Shown piece after piece: positions 1 through 13,742 of a DNA stretch of 64,000 nucleotides (position 1 is the stretch's first letter; the number at the start of each line of letters is the position of its first letter). The position numbers and the translations under genes are program-made. The notes beneath the pieces were generated by a model. The model ran no database searches and was not told the DNA's origin. It was given only the letters and a program-made list of their open reading frames with translations. Source of the stretch: Eledone cirrhosa (lineage: Eukaryota); assembly GCA_964016885.1 (NCBI GenBank), contig OZ024752.1:49848001-49912000 (forward strand), written 5' to 3'.

Positions 1-19
1 ATACATATGTATATACATT

Positions 20-105
<86 letters not shown>

Positions 106-106
106 A

Positions 107-193
<87 letters not shown>

Positions 194-745
194 TAGATAG
201 ATATAGATATAGATATATATTATATACAGAGAGAGAAAAAAGGCAGGGGGGGGAGAATGAGGTGAAAGATTCCATGTTGTGGAAAATTCAAAGTCAAAGA
301 TGGGAAGAAATTCAGTTAAAATGAGTTCAAAGGTGACAAGAAAACAGACAGAAGCTGTTGGCAGGTTGGGGAAAAAGAGTTCATAAATTTGGGTGGGAAT
401 CAAACTTAGGGGGGGGGGGGGACCTGAGAAGGGTCTGAGATATATTCCAGGAAGGAAATTAGTCATTTTTCCTTCCGCTTTCTTTATAATTTTTTTTCTT
501 CTGCATTCTTGAAGGAATATGGAAGACATTAGAAGAGGTGTTGGCAGGATAGGCTAAAAGGAGGCATAACTGTCAACGATTATGTTTAATGGAAATATCT
601 GAAGCCCAGTTATTCAAGTAGCTAGGATTTGATCCACAAGATGTACATATATATACATATGTTCAATCTCTAACAATGACAATCTATATTATTTTTTTTT
701 TACTGGTCTCAGTTGCTAAATTGCAACCATGCTGAAGCAAGGCCT

Positions 746-1164
746 TTAATCCTTTAGCATTTTACATTACTCTATATTTCCTATTATATTTTCAATATTC
801 TTTCACATAATATCGAATCAATGAAATTTTGATATTATTTATTTTGAGAACACTACGTTAACATAAGTATGGGCAGCCAGTTATGGCTGGTTTGAAAAGA
901 AAGAGGTGAGAGAATTCTGGCTGGATATGGTTGGTTTATCCCTTAAGCATTTACATTACTCTATATATACTATTACATTTTCATCATAAAGGCTTTATCT
1001 CACATAAATATCTCACATAATATTGAATGTATGAGATTTTAATATTAATTGTTTTAAGAACAATACCTTAACATAAGTATGAACAGCCAGTTATGGTTGG
1101 CTTGTACAGAAAGAGGTGAGAGAATTCTGGCTGGGTATGGCCAGTTTAAATACTAAAGGGTTAA
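746..1164 (-). mobile_element. Two tandem copies of the piggyBac-type MITE
   Basis: Homology to 2957-3185; ends aaagggttaa. Confidence 0.75.
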
Positions 1165-2956
1165 GGGTGTTTAAGTGTGGAGGTGTGTGGCCTAGTGTAA
1201 AGGGTGTTGGACTTACAACCATAATTCCTGGGCTGGCTTGTGTGTTGTGTTTTTGAGCAAAACACTTCATTTCCTATACATGAACCTTTGATGACTTGTA
1301 GTGCACCTGAGCACTGTACACACTAATTTTTATTATCATCATCAGTGACTCCACTGATGATTGCCTTATCTTACTACATGACTGTTTTTATTTTAGTAAA
1401 CTTGGTATTATTTGAACTCAGAATACAATGTTGGCTTTGGATAAAGCGCTACACAGAAATTCTCTATATACAATAGTTATATCAATAGCTTTATATTATA
1501 TATGAGAATAAAACAAAAAAAAACTGTTAGATACATTGTAACAAATACATGGATCTAAAGACATGTCCAGCTTAAACCATTAACAGAAATAAACAATACA
1601 AAACAAAAAAAACAAAAAACATGAAAACAAAATCTCACTTGTAACTTTTCAATAATTATATTAGTATAGTTTTGGAAGAAAAGCTTATTAATGGATGACA
1701 TTTATTCTAAGATATGTAGCCATTATTGATTTTATATTTTATTGTACTTCTTTTGTATTCATTTACTTTTTCTTTATGTCTTATAATTTTCAGTTTTAAG
1801 TTCAATTTAAGACAAATATTCCAGGATATTTATTTGTTATGTTCTTCAATATTATAGAGTTTCTTGAAATTCTTTTCTGTCTCTCTTTGCAATGATATAT
1901 GCGATCAGAAGATAAATTTCTAAGACATCTTTAAATAACCTGAAATTTCTCAATAATTCCAACTTGTTTATATTATAATAAATTCTATGATATTGTTATT
2001 GAAACTTGCACAGATATTCTTTATAAATTATACCAAAATAATTTCCTTTCATTTCCGGATACATTAATACGATTGCTGTAGAACTAATTGTTTGTAACAA
2101 TTAACTGGAGAGAGATTTAAGCATAATATAGGAACATCACAGTGTGCAATGAAGGGAATCTTCATGATATGTTTTATTTCTACATTGCCTCAACCAGTGC
2201 AACTTTCAGAAATACATCATGCTGCTAAACTTCCGTCTGCAATGAAAACCTGATTTTTCCAAAGCCAACATACTTGTCTAAAACTAACAAATTCCTTGCA
2301 CTGCAAACTTCACATTCAACAAAGAGACAATGCCATCATGAATTGAGTATTGTTAAATGGATCTTTCAGTAGGAATGGGAGAAGAAAAAAAAACACAACA
2401 ACAGCAACAACAACTGAATTGCTCTCATTATAAAATAAATGTTTGGTATTGTGTGATTAAAATATATTGCCATTAATGAAATGTCGCTTAATCTATCACC
2501 ATGTTGTATCTGGTTTGTGAATATATTGTAACGATAACTGTATGAATATGTCCAAAAGTTTTAATGACCTGGAAGATGGAATCTTGGTTTTGTTATTTGA
2601 ATTTTTATTATTATTATTAGTGTTGATGTTGTTGTTGTTTCCTTTTGTTTCAAACAAGTAATGTCATTACATTATCCTCATTCATACACGCATATATAAT
2701 TGTTTATGCAATTTTTTTAATGGAAAATGTTTCAGACACATTGAATAATAAAAATTTGTTACTGATGGCTTTCCATTAAACTTTACCATTTATCACATAC
2801 ATTAGTGTGAATAACTTCATAGGTTTTCTTAATAAAGGGGAGTAAAATAACCTTTCAATAATTGTTTATTACAAGTACTTATTTTATTGAGCCTGGAAGG
2901 GACGAAAGGAAAGTTGTCTTTGGTGGAAATTGAACTCAGAATGTAGAGAGATGTAA

Positions 2957-3185
2957 TTAACCCTTTAGCAGTTAAACCGGCCATATCCAGCCAGAATTCT
3001 CTCACCTCTTTCTGATCAAACTTGCCATAACTGACTGCTCATACTGATGTTAAGGTATTGTTCTCAAAATAAATAATATCAAAATCTCATAGATTCGATA
3101 TTATGTGAGATAATTATGTGAGGTAAAGCCTTTACCACAAAAATACAACAGTATATATAGAGTAATGTAAATGCTAAAGGGTTAA
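2957..3185 (+). mobile_element. piggyBac-type MITE (~225 bp), reference copy
   Basis: TTAA target duplications and TIRs CCCTTTAGCA.TTA / TAAATGCTAAAGGG; no ORF. Confidence 0.8.
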
Positions 3186-3796
3186 ATATTAAATAATATC
3201 AAGCTTGATGGAAGAAAGGGAAGATATTATCCTCAAAGTGGAGACCTGATCCAAATGTTTGCATTAGAATAAACTCCATTCAAGCTGTCCAAGTTCTAGG
3301 TAATGGTATTAAATGTGATGACGGATTACATCTACTGACCCATAATACAAAAGTAGGACTATGTTTTGGTGTGATGGTAACACAGTGGTCCGGATAACCA
3401 AAGATGTGGGTTTGACTCCCATGTATGTCAATGCTCATCTTTTTCCATTCCTCAGAGGGTTCTAAACCCCACTATCAGGCTAAAATTTCTTTAGTCCAAA
3501 ATACGGAGAAAGCTTCTATTTCTATTTTCAAACTCGTCCACTGTGTCGATGACACAACAGTCCACACTGTTGGGTGGTTGTGTAGGAGGCACGGTGAAAA
3601 GGCTCCCAGTCCACACTGTAAATGTGGTTGGTGTTAGGAAGGGCATCCAGCTGTAAAAAAATCTGCAAGAGACAATTCCGTACAAGCGAGACACGGTCTC
3701 TCGACCATTACCGCATCAAATGGTAGTATGGAAGATGGACGTAAACAATGATGATGATGATGATGAAACTCGCTCACTGTTTCAAAACATACTTAC

Positions 3797-3879
3797 TTGG
3801 AATATATATTTCAAAGCATCTTATTTGAACCTCTGATGCTTCCATTAATTCACTGCTCTGGTCAGGTACTTTATAAACC
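3797..3879 (-). other. Candidate spliced exon (one open frame VYKVPDQSSELMEASEVQIRCFEIYIP)
   Basis: Acceptor ttttttctcattttag and donor GTAAGT. No recognised homology. Confidence 0.3.
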
Positions 3880-5044
3880 CTAAAATGAGAAAAAAACAAA
3901 AAAAGTAAAATTTACATACATAGAATTTGAACTCAGAGTACAAAGAACCAGAGCAATTATTGTCAGCCATGTTGTTCTATTCTCTAACAATTCTGCCAAT
4001 TCACTATTTATCAAAATCTAAAAATATATTTGTTAATAAGATGATTGTCATTTGTATCCCTTAACTTTAGTCTATTTTAATACATACCTGAAATTTGACT
4101 ATTAGCTGTGTAACTAGATATAATATTTTATTTGTTATAGTTAGCCTAAGAGGCAAATATTTAAAACAAATAATAATCTTAGTGCTTCTGTGTGCATGTA
4201 TGAGAGATGAGTGTGTTTTTGTACCTGTGTTGTTAGTAAGTTTTATGAACGCAGCGTCCATATTGAAATCATCTGAAGTTATAATTAACATGTATTTGTT
4301 TTAGACTAAAACACCCGGAAATCTTGTTCAAGTACATCTATTCAAGATCAGGTTACTTCATTTCCCATTGCAAATAGACAGAGCATGACATAAAATACCT
4401 TTTTAGTCTTGTAAAGCAAAACTTCAACATATATACATAACTACAACAAAAAGTAAGAAAAGCAAATGTGAAAAATGTCAAAGTGAGAAATAAAAACGCA
4501 AAGATTGTAATCATAAGGGCATTTCTTCTTATAAAATAAATAATAGAGAAGAAGAAAAAATACAAAGATAATTTTGATTTTATTTATTTTATCCCAAAGG
4601 ATACATCTTTAGATTAAATTTTCTCTTCCTTTCAAATTATCTTTTTCTCTTCATTTATATATATTTTCTTTACTTTCCATTCTTTGCTATTTTCCATTTT
4701 GGGTCGGTGTTGACATTCTTACTCAAATCTTTCATTTCTTCATTTGTTTATTGTGGTGCTAGTTTTAACCCTTTAGTTTTTGTTTTGTTTGGGGTTTGGG
4801 TGGAGGTGACGGTCTTTGTTTTGGCTCCTTAAAATGAATCAAAGGTAAAATAAAATAAAATAAAATAAAATAAAATAAAATAAAACAAAACAAAACAACA
4901 ACAAAACCAAAGAAATAGAAAATGAAAGAAAACAAATACATACAAATGAAGAAGAAGAACAACAACAACACAAACAACAAAAACAACAAAAACAATCATA
5001 ATAATAAAGATAACGATAGTGATAAAAATAAAAATAACATTAAA

Positions 5045-5090
<46 letters not shown>

Positions 5091-5211
5091 GTAATAATAA
5101 TATGTACAAAGAAAGCGAAAATTCTATCCTTGTACACATGTTAATATACATAATTATCGACATACAACAAATGTAACATATATTTAGAAATGTCAGAGAA
5201 AAGGAGTTTTC

Positions 5212-5770
5212 AGTGTGTGTGTTGGGGAAATGTTACTAGTGTGTGTGTTGGGGAAATGTTACTAGTGTGTGTGTTGGGGAAATGTTACTAGTGTGTGTGT
5301 TGGGGAAATGTTACTAGTGTGTGTGTTGGGGAAATGTTACTAGTGTGTGTGTTGGGGAAATGTTACTAGTGTGTGTGTTGGGGAATTGTTACTAGTGTGT
5401 GTGTTGGGGAAATGTTACTAGTGTGTGTGTTGGGGAAATGTTACTAGTGTGTGTGTTGGGGAAATGTTACTAGTGTGTGTGTTGGGGAAATGTTACTAGT
5501 GTGTGTGTTGGGGAAATGTTACTAGTGTGTGTGTTGGGGAATTGTTACTAGTGTGTGTGTTGGGGAAATGTTACTAGTGTGTGTGTTGGGGAAATGTTAC
5601 TAGTGTGTGTGTTGGGGAAATGTTACTAGTGTGTGTGTTGGGGAAATGTTACTAGTGTGTGTGTTGGGGAAATGTTACTAGTGTGTGTGTTGGGGAAATG
5701 TTACTAGTGTGTGTGTTGGGGAAATGTTACTAGTGTGTGTGTTGGGGAAATGTTACTAGTGTATATGTTG
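5212..5770. repeat. 26-bp minisatellite, ~21 copies
   Basis: Unit agtgtgtgtgttggggaaatgttact. Confidence 0.95.
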
Positions 5771-5999
5771 GGAGTATTGAAAAAAATACTGTAAATTTCA
5801 AAGGGGAAATGTTAGTAGTGTATATGCATCTGTCTAATCAAAAGACAAACAAACAATGAATATATATATTAACTTTTAAAACATGCTGTACATGATTGTA
5901 TATGCACATGACATAGAGAAAACGTCCAGATATATGTATATGTATGTATATATATGTATATATATATTATATATATTATATATATTATCTATGTATATC

Positions 6000-6052
<53 letters not shown>

Positions 6053-6109
6053 TCAGATATACATAGATATACATAGATATACATATATTTAATAGATATA
6101 CATAGATAT

Positions 6110-6145
<36 letters not shown>

Positions 6146-6196
6146 GTATATCTGTGTGTATATATATGTATGTATATCTGTGTATATCTGTGTATA

Positions 6197-6301
<105 letters not shown>

Positions 6302-6511
6302 CTATGTACATATATATATATATATCTCTCTCATATATATATATATCAATATATATACACACATATATATATTCTCTAAAGAGAAAAACATGACTAAACA
6401 TTGTATTGCAGAAAAACAACAACATGGAATTCTCAAATAACATTGACAGTTTATTACGGTTAAAGAATTCATTGTAATTTATCATGTAAAGTAATTAAGG
6501 TGATGGCTCAC

Positions 6512-6626
6512 CTTTTCTGTATAACAGTACCACTGTCTTCTCATTAGTATTTTACCAATAATTAGATAACCATACTATGGTAGTGTTATGTTGTCAGCAA
6601 AGTGAATATGATCTGGTTTCATTTCC
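6512..6626 (-). other. Candidate non-coding or 5'UTR exon
   Basis: Acceptor tttgttacaacag and donor AAG|GTGAGC. All three frames contain stops. Confidence 0.25.
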
Positions 6627-7045
6627 CTGTTGTAACAAATACACTTAGGTTAATAATTGTATTTCCTATAGGCACAAGACCAGCAATTGGGGGGAGAGGG
6701 GGAGAGGGGGGGGGAGTTGATTAAATCGACCCCGGTGCATTACTGGTACTTTATTTTAAGGATGAATGGCAAAGCTAACCTCGACGGGATTTGAACTCAG
6801 CACGTAAGGGCTGTAACTCTATGCTGCAAAGCTTGGTGTCTGATGCTCTACCGATACTGCCAATAACTTAGGTTATTGATACACTGAGAAATACATAAAA
6901 TTATATAAACCTGGGATGGGGGAGGGGGGAGCATCTGAGTAACAAAGATTTTCTTAAATTGGTTTAATTATCTTTACTTTTGTCTCATAATTAAACTGTT
7001 TGGTCTTATTCTATAATGCTTTCAATGTCTTCAGCAGAATCATCC

Positions 7046-8687
7046 TTAATCCTTTAATGTTCAAACCAGCCAAAACCGGTCAGAATTCTCTACCTTTTTC
7101 TGTTGAAACCAGTTGTAACTGGTCGCTCAAACTGATGTTAAGGTATTTTTCTCAAAATAAATAATATCAAAATCTCATAGATTAGATATTATGTGAGATA
7201 ATTATGAGAGGTAAAGCCTTTACTATGAAAACAAAATAGTATATATAGAGTAATGTAAATGTTGTGAGATATTATGTGAGGTAAAGCCTTTACCATGAAA
7301 ATACAATAGTATATATAGAGTAATGTAAATGTTGTGAGATATTATGTGAGGTAAAGCCTTTACCATGAAAATACAATAGTATATATAGAGTAATGTAAAT
7401 GTTATGTGAGATATTATGTGAGGTAAAGCCTTTACTGTGAAAATACAATAGTAAATATAGAGTAATGCAAATGTTATGTGAGATATTATGTGAGGTAAAG
7501 CCTTTACCATGAAAATACAATAGTATATATAGAGTAATGTAAATGTTGTGAGATATTATGTGAGGTAAAGCCTTTACCATGAAAATACAATAGTATATAT
7601 AGAGTAATGTAAATGTTATGTGAGATATTATGTGAGGTAAAGCCTTTACCATGAAAATACAATAGTATATATAGAGTAATGTAAATACTATGTGAGATAT
7701 TATGTGAGGTAAAGCCTTTACCATGAAAATACAATAGTATATATAGAGTAATGTAAATGTTGTGAGATATTATGTGAGGTAAAGCCTTTACCATGAAAAT
7801 ATAATAGTATATATAGAGTAATGTAAATGTTATGTGAGATATTATGTGAGGTAAAGCCTTTACCATGAAAATACAATAGTATATATAGAGTAATGTAAAT
7901 ACTATGTGAGATATTATGTGAGGTAAAGCCTTTACCATGAAAATACAATAGTATATATAGAGTAATGTAAATGTTGTGAGATATTATGTGAGGTAAAGCC
8001 TTTACCATGAAAATACAATAGTATATATAGAGTAATGTAAATGTTATGTGAGATATTATGTGAGGTAAAGCCTTTACCATGAAAATACAATAGTATATAT
8101 AGAGTAATGTAAATGTTGTGAGATATTATGTGAGGTAAAGCCTTTACCATGAAAATATAATAGTATATATAGAGTAATGTAAATGTTGTGAGATATTATG
8201 TGAGGTAAAGCCTTTACCATGAAAATACAATAGTATATATAGAGTAATGTAAATGTTGTGAGATATTATGTGAGGTAAAGCCTTTACCATGAAAATACAA
8301 TAGTATATATAGAGTAATGTAAATGTTGTGAGATATTATGTGAGGTAAAGCCTTTACCATGAAAATATAATAGTATATATAGAGTAATGTAAATGTTGTG
8401 AGATATTATGTGAGGTAAAGCCTTTACCATGAAAATACAATAGTATATATAGAGTAATGTAAATGTTGTGAGATATTATGTGAGGTAAAGCCTTTACCAT
8501 GAAAATATAATAGTATATATAGAGTAATGTAAATGTTGTGAGATATTATGTGAGGTAAAGCCTTTACCATGAAAATACAATAGTATATATAGAGTAATGT
8601 AAATGTTGTGAGATATTATGTGAGGTAAAGCCTTTACCATGAAAATATAATAGTATATATAGAGTAATGTGAATGCTAAAGGGTTAA
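7046..8687 (+). mobile_element. piggyBac-type MITE expanded by an internal 70/72-bp tandem array (~21 units)
   Basis: Both TIR/TTAA ends are retained. Unit gatattatgtgaggtaaagcctttaccatgaaaatacaatagtatatatagagtaatgtaaatgttgtga spans ~7190-8670. Confidence 0.9.
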
Positions 8688-8720
8688 GGCTTGGAATTTG
8701 GTCATGTCTTTGGGAGGCAG

Positions 8721-9012
8721 ATGGAAGCACGTGGCCTAGTGGTAAGGGTGTTGGACTTACGATCATAATGCTGTGGATTCAATTCCTGGGCTGGGTTGTG
8801 TGTTGTATTCTTGAGCAAAACACTTCATTTCACGTTGCTCCAGTATACTCAGCTGAAAATGAGTACCAGCAATAGCTGGGGAGTTAACCCTGTGATGGAC
8901 CGGTGTCCTATCCAGGGAGGAGGGGGGGGAGTATTGTACACTCAGTTGCTTCATGCCATGAAACCAGGATAAGCACCGGCTTAATGAGCCTTCTGGCTTA
9001 AGATAGACTTTA
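8721..9012 (+). mobile_element. CORE-like SINE with a different 3' tail
   Basis: A/B boxes and ttgagcaaaacacttcatttcac core. Related fragments at ~1177-1275, 18827-19010 and 55110-55200. Confidence 0.7.
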
Positions 9013-9030
9013 GATGGTGGTAGTAGCAGT

Positions 9031-9064
<34 letters not shown>

Positions 9065-9194
9065 TCTTTTATATTAATTTGTAAATCATTCAAAAGCTTG
9101 AATGTGTAATGTATCAATTAAAAAGAATAACAACATCAACAAAAAAGAACTAGAAAAGAGAGAGAAATAGAAAGAGAGAGAGAGAGATAGAGAG

Positions 9195-9225
<31 letters not shown>

Positions 9226-9309
9226 GAGAGGGGGGGAGATGGGGAGAGAGAGAAAGAAATAGAGATAGAAAGAGATAAGATAGATAGATAGATAGAGAAA
9301 GAGAGTAAT

Positions 9310-9354
<45 letters not shown>

Positions 9355-9732
9355 AATAGAGATAGAAAAAAGAGAGAGAGAAATAGAGATAGAAAGAGAT
9401 AGGTAGAGGCAAAGGTAGAGAAAGAAAGAGAGCAAAAGAGAGAGATATGGAGAGAGAGATAGAGGGAAAGGTAGAGAGAGAAAAAGAGCAAAAGAGAGAG
9501 AAATAGAAAGAGAGAGAGAGTGCGAGAGAGAATAGGGATGTAGAGAGAGGTGGAAAAAGAGAGAGAGAGAGAGTGTGTGAGAGAGGTACACTCCTAACTT
9601 ATTACAGATAAAAGCTTATAATGATATTTTGTTTCGCAAGATTCCTGTTATTGAACCAGAAACCTAGGCAACTTCGTGTTTTGTGATGATAGAAAATATA
9701 AGAAAGGAGAAAAATAATCAGAAAAATATTTT

Positions 9733-9766
<34 letters not shown>

Positions 9767-10898
9767 GCAAACAGAAAATATATAATGAAAATTTAATGAA
9801 AATTAAATATTTTAAAATGTTGAGAAATTTTTAAAATGTTTATGTAAAGTAAAACAAAGCAAAGCAAAGCAAAAAAATAAAATAAAATAAAATAAAATAA
9901 AATGATTTAAAAATTTAAAAATAAAATAAAAAAGTTTAAAATTGAAATTTCAATGAATAATAGATTTTGGAAATTAATATAGATATAAATGTATAAAAAT
10001 AGAGAAAAATTATTATTTCAAGTCAAATTATGAATTTTCGACACTAAAAAGGACGAGAGGAAATGATAAATGAAGCATAGCTACGTACTTACTTTTAGCG
10101 AGGTGTTTTATGGAGGAATTTCAAAGGACGTTGTAAGCTGCTGAAGAGTGGGCACAAAATGAGTGGGGCGGCGTGAGGGTGAGGTAGGGGGGGATAGGTG
10201 AATATAATAGGGGTGGGTGGGATGGAAGGTAAGAGCATTAATTAACTTTACAATAAATTATTAATCATTAAGAGAGAAATGAATGTACAAGCGATAGTAG
10301 AAAGCTAATTTAACAACAAGTGTGATTTATATAGATCTCATGCTCAAACACACACATGAATAATATATAATATATATACATACACACATATATACACACA
10401 CACATATATATATATACACACACATATATATATATACACACACATATATATATACACACACACATATATATACACACACACATATATATACGCACACACA
10501 TATATATATACACACACATATATATACGCACACACATATATGCACACACACATATATATACACACACATATATATACACACACACATATATATACACACA
10601 CATATATATATATATACACACACACACATATATACACACACACATATATATACACACACATATATATATACACACACACATATATATACACACATATACT
10701 TACACACACATGAATAATATATAATATATATATGCACACACATATATACATAGACATTCACATATATACACATGAAAAATATATAATATATATACACACA
10801 TATACTTACACACATATGCATAATATATAATATATACACACAACAACACATACATATACACACACATACGTACACATACATGAATAATATATAATATA

Positions 10899-10929
<31 letters not shown>

Positions 10930-11331
10930 GCATACATACACATACACATACACACATATATACATATACACATATACACATACACACACATACTTACGTA
11001 TATTTATAAATATACAAACGCATGAATAAAATATAAAATATATATATATACACACACACACATACATATACACACACATACTTACACACGTATATCTATA
11101 AATATACAAACACATGGATAATATATAATATATATACACACATATACACACACGCATACTTACACACATATATTTATAAACATGCGCACACACTTAAATG
11201 TAAATATGTATGCATATATACATATGCATTTATAATTTAAGCACGTGTGTGTAAATAATTAAATATATACATATATATATGTGCGTGTGTATATATATAT
11301 ATGTATGTATATATGTATGTATATATATATA

Positions 11332-11932
11332 TGTCAGTTGGTGCTACTGGTAACATGTATCCCAGTACAACCTGTCTCATGGTCGGGTCGTTGGCGACTA
11401 AACTGGCAACCCCACCAAGGTTTCTTGGTGAGGAGGGTGACTTTGGACATCCTGCAGGACTAAAAACAAAACCTGTCAAAGGGCAAGGGAGCTCTTAAGA
11501 CTCAATAGCCATCCAAAATCACCGGGAGAGATGACCCCTTAGCCTTTGTCAAGGCAGAATTCTAGGAGAAGGAAAACTCTGATATAACACCTGCAACCCT
11601 GATGGTATCCAATGATGTTGACTTGTTCTTCTTTTTGGTAAATATCATCTTGGTTAAGAGAGTGGGACTGGCTTTGTGCAGTGCCTTTGCTCACTATAAA
11701 AGCTTCACAGCACAGGCATTGCTTTATATCTGGAGATCTCTCTGCACTTGTCATCACATGGTACCATGGGCCCTGCACTATGTGTCAATAATGGTCACAA
11801 GTGTAGTCTTTGTGCCAGAGTTTTCAAGTCGCTGGCTGGACTAAAAAGTCACATTCGTTCAGCGCATCGGTAGGGGTTCTCCTACATGGATATAAAGTAG
11901 TGGCCGTACTCGAAAACGAGTTGGCAGCCACC
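11332..11932 (+). mobile_element. Internally deleted RTE-derived element with C-terminal C2H2 finger
   Basis: RTE-like 5' sequence (ctaggagaaggaaaactc). 11781-11873 encodes [30 protein letters not shown]. The 3' hairpin ctcg-aaaa-cgag..gcagcca recurs at 57630-57662. (TA)n flanks. Confidence 0.6.
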
Positions 11933-11983
11933 ATATATATATATACATGTATATATATATATATGTGTGTGTGTATGTATATA

Positions 11984-12039
<56 letters not shown>

Positions 12040-12046
12040 TATACAT

Positions 12047-12252
12047 CCAGAGTTGACATTGCACTCAGTGCTCCTTTGGGAGCCCTACATGGACACACTA
12101 GAAGAGGAAGACCAAGGTTAACGTATGTTGATGCCCTAAGGACAGACACTGGCCTGTTGGAGATGCAGGACATGGCAGCGATGATGAGGGACAGAGACCG
12201 CTGGAGAGAACTCGTCCATGGATCTCGGGAATTTTACCCGCCTTAGATAGAT
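12047..12252 (+). mobile_element. RTE-clade LINE 3' end
   Basis: [28 protein letters not shown]...[12 protein letters not shown] followed by a (TAGA)n tail. Confidence 0.8.
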
Positions 12253-12258
12253 ACATAC

Positions 12259-12350
<92 letters not shown>

Positions 12351-12423
12351 TCATCATCATCATTTTACGTCTGCCTTTCCCAGGTTGCCCAATGGCACGT
12401 GGGCCCCCTGGGCCATGATTTGG

Positions 12424-12863
12424 AAGTCAACCTTAAGTAGGAGCAATAATGAATGACCCCAACAACACTTTGTTTTGAACATTTTGAAAGTAGGTTTATA
12501 AGTATGAATTTTCATAACATTTTTGTAGTTGTCTCAGTGGCCTAGTGGTAGGTACTGGAGACGGTGGAGAGCCTGGTGTTGGGTTCAATCCTGGTCAAGA
12601 GGTACATGTAACCTTTTTCAGTTTTTATTTTACAACCAATAAAAAAAAAAACTGAAAAGGTTTACTGGGAACCCTACTCTCGACCAGGATCGAACTTCAG
12701 ACCAGGGTCACCAGTGTCTACGATTCCTCCAACTAGGCCACCGAGACAGCAACAAAATTATAATGACAATTGATAATTATAAAACTACATTCAAAATCAA
12801 AGTTAAATATGTGTTGTCATTCATAGCTTTCCTAGAGCTATTAGTAATACTTAGGGTCGACTT
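12424..12863. repeat. Diverged ~440-bp inverted repeat carrying two convergent tRNA-like (Pol III A/B box) units
   Basis: 12531-12600 (+) and 12678-12747 (-) each have tggcctagt..g and gttc(a/g)atcctggtc followed by a T-rich tract. The flanks also align in inverse. Confidence 0.7.
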
Positions 12864-13347
12864 CTGGTCATTATTGAAAATCTCTGGGTTTCGCAAAATA
12901 CATAATATTTTTTATTGGAGAAGGTAAGATATTTTTCCGCAAAAATTTGATTGCACTGTTTTGTTTCCACTTAAGTATTTTTCGAAAATGTTATTTATTC
13001 ATTATAAAAATTAAATGATACCATTCCATATGTTGGTGGGCCCCCTTCATCTCCTGGCAACCAATATTTTTAGACCCAGTCCGCCACTGTATCTATATAT
13101 ACATATAGATATATGTGTGTGCGTGTATATATAACCCGCCACCACCCCTACTCACCCCACACCCTTCCACCACCTGTTTACCCCCCTTTTAATTTCAGTT
13201 TATTTTGATCATGCCTTTATTTTTAAATTTTCTCATTTCTTGTATTTTGATCATGCTTTATTTTTATATTTTTTATCTTTTTTCGCTATATGTCTCTCCA
13301 CCACTCCCCTACACACCTTTTGAACTCTGTTCCCACACACTTCTCAC

Positions 13348-13375
13348 CTGAGGAAGGGCTTATGCCCGAAACGTC
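13348..13375 (+). ncRNA. Minimal hammerhead core (family G)
   Basis: CTGAGGA aGGGC-ttat-GCCC GAAA cg TC. Stem I is weak. The 3' tail (13389-13472) recurs at 39607-39686. Confidence 0.5.
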
Positions 13376-13468
13376 GTCCCCCACCTACCCCCCACTCTCC
13401 TGAGCATGAAATTAATAAACATTTATTGTACTGCCTCTCTGTTTTGTCCCTGTTCAAAAAATTTTTTC

Positions 13469-13524
<56 letters not shown>

Positions 13525-13611
13525 CATACATACATACATATATATGTATAAGTATATACACTCACTCACATAAAAGAACGTTAAGAATGGGAATAGACGC
13601 TATCTCTTTTC

Positions 13612-13742
13612 TTCTATAGGAAGATGTGTAGTGCTTGTTGATTCCATGCCATGGTTTCGTGGTGGTATCTGACAATTTGTGCACACCTCTCAACATTAGA
13701 TTTCTGCAGTAGTTACAATAGTTGCATCTGAAAATATCCACT
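13612..13742 (-). pseudogene. Possible PLE ORF remnant (Cys-rich linker preceding GIY-YIG): VDIFRCNYCNYCRNLMLRGVHKLSDTTTKPWHGINKHYTSS
   Basis: CxxCxxC followed by a TxxxxxINxHYT-like segment recalls the Neptune-type RT/endonuclease linker. It lies between TA tracts among HHR elements. Similarity is judged by eye only. Confidence 0.35.

Noticed and set aside
7223-8766. Repetitive MVKALPHIISH ORFs
   Set aside because: They are translations of the MITE-derived 70-bp tandem array.
12531-12747. Functional tRNA genes
   Set aside because: A/B boxes are present but the acceptor and anticodon arms do not form a convincing cloverleaf; treated as tRNA-derived.
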